A stretch of DNA of 24,000 nt, taken from assembly GCA_031222025.1 (NCBI GenBank), contig CP130740.1, forward strand, positions 1,385,666 to 1,409,665, given 5' to 3'. Below are positions 17,260 to 24,000 of the stretch, piece by piece. Numbering within the stretch: the stretch's first letter is position 1; each line of letters opens with the position of its first letter. Below the pieces are notes generated by a model. The model saw only the letters and a program-made list of their open reading frames with translations, was not told the DNA's origin and searched no databases. Made by a program: the position numbers and the translations under genes. The DNA comes from Eubacteriaceae bacterium ES2. GTDB lineage: Bacteria; Bacillota; Clostridia; Eubacteriales; Eubacteriaceae.

Positions 17260-20200
17260 ATGATAAAACTGGGATCAGTTAGAATAACAACTAATTTTGA
17301 GATGATTCAGATTCGCAAAAAGGTTCACATCATTGCCAGTAAACTTGGTTGTACGAATATTATCGCCGCAAGAATAGAAGCATTATTTTCGGATCTAATT
17401 AGAGAGTTATTAATGATGAATGATGCAATTGAACTTCGAGTTTTTTTGAATGACATGATTCATGAAAAGGGTATTATTTTTGAAACGGGACCTTGCAATC
17501 AATCCATTATTATTAAATCATATAATTCTAAACTGCTTTTTTTGAATTGGATTCAACTTGGAAAAGGGTTAAAACAACTTACCATTACAATTCCTTTTCG
17601 CACAATCAATCCAGAAATTAATTCAATTTTAATTCAATCTATCAAGGACGAGATTAATGCTAAATCAAAAGAAGAACTGCAAGAGGAAATAAAGAAAAAA
17701 AACGAAGAACTGTCGTCCAGCAGGGAATTTATGGAATCAGTACTTGATAATTTAAAAGCGGCAGTTTATGTTAAAAATCTGAGCGGAGAGTATACATTTC
17801 TAAATCGTCAATGGGAAGAGTATTTAAATTTTGATCGTAAAAATTGTCTGGGAAAAACGGTGGCGCAACTTGTCGGAAACACAATTGCGCAAGATCAGCA
17901 TCGTCAGGATATGGCGGTTATAAAAAACAGAAATATTGAAGTTATCGAAGAAAAACTATCGTATCGGGGGACTGAACTGACATTATTGACAACAAAAGTG
18001 CCGATGTATATAAACGAAGAAATGATTGGTATTTGTAGTATTTCTACTGATATCTCGAAACGTATCCAGATGGAAGAGGAATTAATTGAAGCGAAGTTAC
18101 TTGCTGAAGAAGCTGCTGAATCAAAAAGTAATTTTTTAGCAAACATGAGCCATGAGATTAGAACACCAATGAACGCTATTTTAGGAATGAGTTATCTTTT
18201 ACAAAAGACAAAACTAGACGAAAAGCAAGGCGATTATCTTGAGAAAATAAGGGGGTCGGGACAGCACTTATTGGGGATTATTAATGATATCCTTGATTTT
18301 TCGAAGATTGAAGCGGGAATGCTGGATGTTGAGGTAGTTGAATTCAGTCTTTACGATGTTCTAGATAATCTGGCTAATTGTGTAGGTGAAAAATGTCGAT
18401 CAAAAGGTCTGGAACTGATGTTCGATATTGATTCAGAAATACCCAATAAATTGAAAGGAGATCCTTTACGTGTTGGACAAATTCTAATTAATTATGTAAA
18501 TAATGCTATAAAATTTACTGAGCATGGTGAAATAATTCTAAAAATAAAAATGATAGAAAGACAGAAAGATGGATATTTTTTAAAATTTGAAGTTACTGAT
18601 ACTGGAATTGGTTTAACAGAAGAACAACAAAATAGATTATTTTCTTCTTTTCAGCAGGCAGATACATCAACAACCCGAAAATATGGCGGAACGGGTTTGG
18701 GGCTAGCAATTTCTAAAAATTTGACTGAACTGATGGGGGCAGGGTAGGTGTTGAATCTGTTTACGGTCAGGGCAGTACTTTTTGGTTTACAGTACCATTC
18801 AAAGAATCAAAAAATTCTCAGCAATCTAAGATCTCTAGTCTTATTTTACAAAACTATCGCGCTTTAGTCGTAGATGATCACGAAAATGCTCGGCTTATCA
18901 TGTCAGATATGCTAAGCTCTCTGGGTTTGGCGGTCGATCTTGCTACGGATGGATTTGAAGCAGTAAAGAAATTTAGTGATAATGACAAAAAAGGTCAAGC
19001 CTATGATTTAGTTTTTATGGATATGCAGATGCCCGGGATGAGTGGTGTTCAGACGATTGAAACAATAAAAAATCAGATTACAAAAAAAGTACCATACTTT
19101 ATTATAGTCACGGCCTATGGACGAGAAGAAGTATTTTTGAAAGCAAAGCAGATAGAAGTTGATTTGATTTTAGTTAAACCAGTTAATTTATGGGTGTTAA
19201 ATGATGTTGTACATCAGTTGCTTGAGAAAAAAGAAGAAAGATCTTTTGAAAAGAACTATCAGCAGACTGATAATTCGTTAGAAAAACAAATATCAAAAAT
19301 TGCGGGAGCTAGAATTTTATTAGTAGAAGACAATGAAATTAATCAGGAAGTTGTTTTGGAAATTCTAAAAGAGGGACAAGTAGTGGTGAAAACTGTGACT
19401 AATGGGCAGTTGGCAGTTGACGAAGCAGAAAAAAATAAATATGATATAATATTGATGGATATGCAAATGCCTGTTATGGATGGTCTTGAGGCAACAGAAC
19501 GTATCCGTGCAAAAGTTTCTGGGGCCACAGTGCCCATAATAGCAATGACCGCTAATGCGATGCGTGGAGACCGAGAGCGTTGTCTTCAGGCTGGTATGAA
19601 TGGTTATTTGTCGAAACCCATTGATCCTGTTCAGTTGTTTGAAACGCTCTTAAAATGGATTAAGCCTGAAGAAAATTCTAGACCTGTTTCTGTTAAGCCA
19701 GAAGAAACTGACGTTCAGCTGATAAAAATTGAAGGATTGGACATGGAAACAGGTATTAATAGAATTATGGGAAAGAAGAAGTCTTATATAAAATTGTTGA
19801 AAAAATTTGCTGACGGACAGAAAAAGACGGGATCAGAAATAGAAAGTGCAATTGATCAGGGTGATTTCACAAAAGCGGCAAGATTAATTCATTCATTAAA
19901 AGGGGTAGCTGGTAATATTGGGGCGACACGGGTGGCCAAAAAAGCAGAATCGCTAGAAACTGCTATTCGTGAGCAGCCGGGAAAGGCAACACTAAAACCA
20001 CTGATTGAGGAACTGTCCAAGGAATTAGACCAACTGATTGTATTAATTAAATTAAATTATAATGATGAAAGTGAAAAGCTTTCACACGAAAATGAGGTGA
20101 ATGTAAGCGATGAAATTATCATCTTTCTGGAAACCCTGATACCCTACTTAAAAGCACGTAAACCAAAACCTTGCGCAGAACTAATTGAAGAAAAATGGAA

Positions 20201-20342
20201 TAGAAATTGGACAGAAAAAATTCAGACTAAAGTTGATGACGTGATTAACAAGGTTTTAAAGTATCGGTTTAAAGAAGCACAAGCTGATGCTGAGTGCTTG
20301 CTTGCGAAATTGAAAGAGGAAAAGCATGAAAACTTTAAGTGA
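17260..20342 (+). pseudogene. Hybrid sensor histidine kinase (orphan N-domain-coiled coil-PAS-HisKA-HATPase_c-REC-REC-Hpt) interrupted by a 1-nt frameshift at 18735-18739
   Basis: The H-box is SHEIRTPMNAILG, the N-box NYVNNAIKFT, G1 DTGIGL and G2 GGTGLGLAISK. The frame then ends at TAG 18745-18747. The next frame continues with the expected [22 protein letters not shown]...YRALVVDDHENARL, which runs into the 18900-20342 ORF (two REC domains plus Hpt HSLKGVAGNIGA). The probable start is ATG 17260, with ggggag 7 nt upstream. Confidence 0.8.
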
Positions 20343-21441
20343 ATGTAATGTTCTGATAGTAGATGATACAGAGATAAATATTGATATTCTCGTAGAGGCG
20401 CTGGGGGATGATTATGATCTATCTGTAGCTCTTGACGGTGAAACGGCACTTGAAATAATTTCAGAAGAAATGCCAGATTTAATTCTACTGGATATAATGA
20501 TGCCTGGAATGAGCGGCTATGAAGTATGTCATCTATTAAAAAACAATCATCAAACAAAAGACATTCCAATTATTTTTCTGACAGCAATGACCGATATCGA
20601 CAGCAAAAAGAAAGCCTTTGAAGCTGGGGCAGTAGATTATATAACAAAGCCATTTGAAATTATTGAAGTGCGGGCAAGAACACAGACTCATTTGATGTTA
20701 ACCTTAATTCAACAGGATCTGGACATGAAGAATAAAAATCTAGAAAAACTGGTGGAGATTCGAACGAAAGAATTATGCATGACTCAGGATATTACCATCG
20801 AAGCACTTGCAGCATTAGCGGAATATCGTGATCCAGACACCGGAGGACATATTAATCGAACAAAAAATTATGTTCGAATTTTGGGAAGAGCTTTACATAA
20901 TACTCAGAAGTATCATGGTTTACTAACTGAGAAACTGATAGAAGAATTATATAAGTCTGCGCCTTTGCACGATATTGGAAAAATTGGTATTCGTGATGAA
21001 ATTTTACTGAAGCCTGGCAAATTGACAGAAGAAGAATTTACGATTATGAAAAATCATACTTTGATTGGCTTCAACGCAATCCAGGTGGCTTCTAATCGGT
21101 TAGGTGGTAACTCGTTTTTAAAATCGGCAATGGAGTTTTCCAAGTATCATCACGAAAGATGGGATGGCATGGGATATCCTGATAAATTATCGGGCGAAGA
21201 TATACCCTTGCCTGGTCGAATAATGGCAGTTGCCGATGTTTATGATGCTTTGATCAGCAAGCGCTGCTATAAGCAGCCGTTTGCCCACCGGGAGGCTGTT
21301 GGGTTGATAAATGAAGGAAAAGGGAGTCAATTTGATCCTGATATTGTTGATGTATTTATGAAAGAACAAGAAGCTTTTAGGCAAATTGCTCTAAAATATG
21401 CCGATTGTGAAGAAGAACGGATTAAACTAAACGAAATTTAA
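20326..21441 (+). CDS. Response regulator with HD-GYP c-di-GMP phosphodiesterase output (RpfG-like)
   Basis: REC domain: VLIVDDTE, LLDIMMPGMSG, FLTAMT, ITKPF. HD-GYP domain: HDIGKI, HHERWDGMGYP. The start overlaps the kinase 3' end by 17 nt, and agagga lies upstream. Confidence 0.9.
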   Translation: MKTLSECNVLIVDDTEINIDILVEALGDDYDLSVALDGETALEIISEEMPDLILLDIMMPGMSGYEVCHLLKNNHQTKDIPIIFLTAMTDIDSKKKAFEAGAVDYITKPFEIIEVRARTQTHLMLTLIQQDLDMKNKNLEKLVEIRTKELCMTQDITIEALAALAEYRDPDTGGHINRTKNYVRILGRALHNTQKYHGLLTEKLIEELYKSAPLHDIGKIGIRDEILLKPGKLTEEEFTIMKNHTLIGFNAIQVASNRLGGNSFLKSAMEFSKYHHERWDGMGYPDKLSGEDIPLPGRIMAVADVYDALISKRCYKQPFAHREAVGLINEGKGSQFDPDIVDVFMKEQEAFRQIALKYADCEEERIKLNEI

Positions 21442-21470
21442 ATGACAAAAATTATTAAGGAGTTACTAGA

Positions 21471-22454
21471 TTGATCGAAAAAAAGAGACTGGAACTTTCT
21501 ACACAAATGCTCATCAGTGCGGCAGAAAAGCGGAAGTTATGTGTTCAAGTTCTAGATTATGAAGATAATTTTATTCGCATCCATGACGAAAAAAAGGTTG
21601 AGTATATCAAGGAGGCAACAAAAACCTCAGTGGATCCCTATATTGTCCCATTAATTATGGAGAATAAAGAAATTACCAAATTGATTTTAAGAGAACAAAA
21701 GATCAATGTTCCAGAGGGGATTCGCGTAAATTCCCTTGAAGAAGGGCTTGCCTTATATTCGGATTGGGATAAAAAAGCGTTGGTTATTAAACCCAAGAAT
21801 ACTAACTTTGGTCTTGGGATTACCATCCTAAAAAAACTTGAGTCGATGGAAGCTTTTAAAGACGCCTTGCAATTTGCCTTTTCTTATGATAAAACAGTGC
21901 TGATAGAGACCTTTGTTCGGGGAAAAGAATATCGTTTTCTGGTGATTGGCGATGAAGTTGCTGGAATTTTGCACCGCGTCCCTGCCAATGTAAAAGGTGA
22001 TGGTATCATGACAATCAGTGAGCTGGTGAATGAAAAGAATAAAGACCCTTTGCGTGGTAAAGGGTATGTAACCCCGCTTGAAAAACTCAGCCTGGGAGAA
22101 ACAGAAATTGCTTTTTTGAAAGCCGACCACAGAACCAAGGATACGATTCCAGAAAAGGATGAATTGGTTTTTCTGCGGGAAAACTCCAATATCAGTACAG
22201 GTGGTGACAGTATAGACTACACTGAAATAATTAGGAGCGACTACAAGAAGATTGCCATTGAAGCTGCCAAGGCGGTTGGGGCGAAAATATGTGGCGTTGA
22301 TATGATGATAAGAAGTATCGACGAAAAAGCAGGCCAGGATAATTACAGCATTATAGAACTAAATTTTAATCCGGCACTGCACATCCATAATTATCCCTGG
22401 CACGGAAAAAACAGACATGTTGAGGAAAAAGTGCTGGATCTATTGGGCTTTTAA
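21471..22454 (+). CDS. Stand-alone ATP-grasp ligase homologous to the C-terminal (glutathione-synthetase) half of bifunctional GshF/GshAB
   Basis: The blocks YIVPLIMENKEITK, VIKPKNTNFGLGITI, EYRFLVIGDEVAGILHRVPANVKGDG, LRENSNISTGGDSIDYT, CGVDMMI and IELNFNPALHIHNYP match my memory of the Streptococcus GshF C-terminal domain. TTG start, with aaggag (21456-21461) 9 nt upstream. No glutamate-cysteine ligase domain is attached. Confidence 0.85.
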   Translation: MIEKKRLELSTQMLISAAEKRKLCVQVLDYEDNFIRIHDEKKVEYIKEATKTSVDPYIVPLIMENKEITKLILREQKINVPEGIRVNSLEEGLALYSDWDKKALVIKPKNTNFGLGITILKKLESMEAFKDALQFAFSYDKTVLIETFVRGKEYRFLVIGDEVAGILHRVPANVKGDGIMTISELVNEKNKDPLRGKGYVTPLEKLSLGETEIAFLKADHRTKDTIPEKDELVFLRENSNISTGGDSIDYTEIIRSDYKKIAIEAAKAVGAKICGVDMMIRSIDEKAGQDNYSIIELNFNPALHIHNYPWHGKNRHVEEKVLDLLGF

Positions 22455-22524
22455 TAGGTAAAGAATTTTAAAGCGGTTTGAAATCTTTAAATTATTTTGT
22501 TAAACTAGTAGAAACTAATAAATG

Positions 22525-22553
22525 TTGAAGTATTAAATAATTGATTAGATTAT
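22525..22553 (+). promoter_or_regulatory. Weak candidate promoter (TTGAAG-N17-GATTAT) upstream of the glutamate decarboxylase gene
   Basis: ttgaag at 22525-22530, a 17-nt spacer, then gattat at 22548-22553. Sequence match only, in an AT-rich region where such matches are common. Confidence 0.25.
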
Positions 22554-22635
22554 GATAGACCGGTTTTCTAAGTTTTAATAATCATAAATATGATTTGAGA
22601 TAGGAATAATAAAGTTAATCGTTGAGGAGGAACAT

Positions 22636-24000
22636 ATGCTACATTCAAGACCAGATGAAAAAGAGATTGAACAGGAATGCTTCCATGCATCTGTATTCAG
22701 TGAAGAAATTTTGAATTTCCCCAAGTATCATTTAAACGAAGAATCAGTTGATCCGGAACTGGCTTATCGGATTATAAAAAATGACTTAATGGATGAGGGG
22801 AATTCAAGACAGAATTTGGCAACTTTTTGCCAGACGGATATGCAACCGGAAGCGGTTCGGTTAATGGCGGAGACCCTGGAAAAAAATGCAATTGATAAAT
22901 CGGAGTATCCGCAGACCGCCGATTTAGAAAAACGGTGTGTCAATATTCTTGCTGATTTGTGGAATGCGCCAAAAGATAAAGCTTTTATAGGAACATCGAC
23001 AGTGGGTTCTTCAGAAGCGTGCATGCTTGGTGGACTGGCCATGAAGTTCAGATGGCGGAAAGCGGCGGAAATTAATGGACGCGACATTTATCGAAAAAAA
23101 CCTAATCTGGTTATTTCATCAGGTTTTCAGGTATGTTGGGAGAAGTTTTGTGTTTATTGGGATATTGAACTACGAACGGTTCCGGTTGATGAAACCCATC
23201 TGGCCATTAATCTTGATACGGTCATGGACTATGTAGATGACTATACCATCGGGATTGTTGCAATTATGGGAATCACCTACACGGGTAAATACGATGATGT
23301 AAAAGGCCTTAACGATCTGGTGGAAGTGTATAATCAACAGGCTGACTACAAAATACCGATTCATGTGGACGGTGCGTCAGGCGCCATGTTTGCTCCCTTT
23401 GCTTTTCCGGATCTAGAATGGGATTTCAGGCTTTCTAATGTGGTGTCCATTAATACGTCGGGACATAAATATGGATTGGTTTATCCAGGCATTGGATGGA
23501 TTATCTGGAAAGATCAGGAATTTGTTCCACAGGAACTGATCTTTGATGTCTCCTACCTGGGGGGCAGCATCCCCACGATGGCTATTAATTTTTCGCGTTC
23601 AGCCAGTCAAATCATTGGCCAGTATTTTAATTTTTTGTCTTTGGGTTATTCGGGCTATCAAAGTATACAATTGCGAACTCGGCGGGTTGCCAGGTTTATT
23701 GCTTCTGAGATCGAAAAAACGGGTTTGTTTGAAATGATTAATGATGGTGATAATATCCCGATCGTTTGCTGGAAAATGAAAACCGAAAAAAAATGGAACC
23801 TCTATGATCTGGCTGATCGTCTGCGGATGAACGGCTGGCAGGTTCCGGCCTATCCTTTACCAGAAAACTTGCAAAAAACAGTCATTCAACGGGTAGTGGT
23901 GAGACAGGATCTGAATCGACAATTAGCATTGCTTTTTGTCGAAGACTTAAAGCGGGCCATTATTGATCTGGATCATGCCCGAGTTCTTTTCAGTTCCCCA
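22636..24000 (+). CDS. gadB: Glutamate decarboxylase, PLP-dependent (3' end outside the window)
   Basis: This gene is absent from the ORF track because no stop falls in the window. My own translation from ATG 22636 (RBS gaggagg) is open to base 24000 (455 codons). It aligns with E. coli GadB blocks: NLATFCQT, GTSTVGSSEACMLGG, NTSGHKYGLVYPGIGW (PLP lysine codon within 23458-23475), VSYLGGSIPTMAINFSR and GWQVPAYPLP. Confidence 0.9.
   Translation, partial: MLHSRPDEKEIEQECFHASVFSEEILNFPKYHLNEESVDPELAYRIIKNDLMDEGNSRQNLATFCQTDMQPEAVRLMAETLEKNAIDKSEYPQTADLEKRCVNILADLWNAPKDKAFIGTSTVGSSEACMLGGLAMKFRWRKAAEINGRDIYRKKPNLVISSGFQVCWEKFCVYWDIELRTVPVDETHLAINLDTVMDYVDDYTIGIVAIMGITYTGKYDDVKGLNDLVEVYNQQADYKIPIHVDGASGAMFAPFAFPDLEWDFRLSNVVSINTSGHKYGLVYPGIGWIIWKDQEFVPQELIFDVSYLGGSIPTMAINFSRSASQIIGQYFNFLSLGYSGYQSIQLRTRRVARFIASEIEKTGLFEMINDGDNIPIVCWKMKTEKKWNLYDLADRLRMNGWQVPAYPLPENLQKTVIQRVVVRQDLNRQLALLFVEDLKRAIIDLDHARVLFSSP

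Noticed and set aside
18900-20342. ORF-track entry treated as an independent REC-REC-Hpt gene starting at ATG 18900
   Set aside because: The same frame is open back to 18729 and encodes the missing end of the kinase ATPase domain plus the receiver's N-terminal DD pocket. No RBS precedes 18900. I interpret it as the downstream part of one frameshifted hybrid kinase.
809-21826. Other short antisense or overlapping ORFs in the track (for example 809-1141, 1972-2286, 2425-2715, 3191-3427, 6118-6312, 9859-10095, 10433-11453 group, 12923-13108, 13464-13730, 14551-14814, 15843-16112, 16855-17037, 17904-18146, 19343-19537, 20222-20569, 21187-21384, 21638-22189 group)
   Set aside because: Each is nested in or opposite a longer ORF with clear family motifs. 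None shows an RBS or a recognisable domain.
22764-23737. ORFs 22764-23087(-), 23170-23364(-) and 23543-23737(+)
   Set aside because: All lie within the glutamate decarboxylase reading frame (22636 to the window end). That gene is missing from the track only because it has no in-window stop.
1-24000. Mobile elements, CRISPR arrays, tRNA/rRNA genes, toxin-antitoxin or phage-defence cassettes
   Set aside because: I saw no transposase, integrase or recombinase motif. I saw no regularly spaced direct repeats and no long terminal inverted repeats. No tRNA-like cloverleaf or rRNA signature was visible on either strand. Detection by eye is limited, so tRNAscan, Infernal and defence-system HMM scans would be the decisive check.

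Overview
This is a low-GC, Firmicutes/Clostridia-like chromosomal segment with GGAGG-type ribosome binding sites and some TTG/GTG starts. I call 17 protein-coding genes, one of them frameshifted. I found no rRNA, tRNA, CRISPR array, transposase or phage gene.

Gene order:
- DUF2252 protein (5' partial)
- ArsB/NhaD-family permease
- two tandem minus-strand membrane diguanylate cyclases (GGDEF, GGEEF)
- membrane PAS-GGDEF-EAL protein
- lipoprotein serine hydrolase (beta-lactamase fold) with a long C-terminal extension
- PAS x3-GGDEF-HD-GYP protein
- SGNH/GDSL hydrolase
- CNNM/CorC-HlyC (DUF21-CBS) protein
- a tightly packed seven-gene plus-strand cluster (about 15035-22454)
- glutamate decarboxylase (3' partial)

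The seven-gene cluster is the most interesting content. It encodes a stressosome-type module: an RsbR-like PAS-STAS protein, an RsbS-like STAS protein, an RsbT-like serine kinase and an RsbX-like PP2C phosphatase. No sigma factor or RsbU/V/W partner is present. The module is followed by a hybrid histidine kinase (orphan N-terminal domain-PAS-HisKA-HATPase-REC-REC-Hpt), a REC-HD-GYP response regulator, and a stand-alone ATP-grasp ligase resembling the GshF C-terminal half. This suggests stress sensing routed through a phosphorelay into c-di-GMP hydrolysis.

The hybrid kinase is interrupted by a 1-nt frameshift in a G5 run. The window holds five c-di-GMP turnover genes in total. All functional calls come from motif and family recognition by eye; no database search was run.
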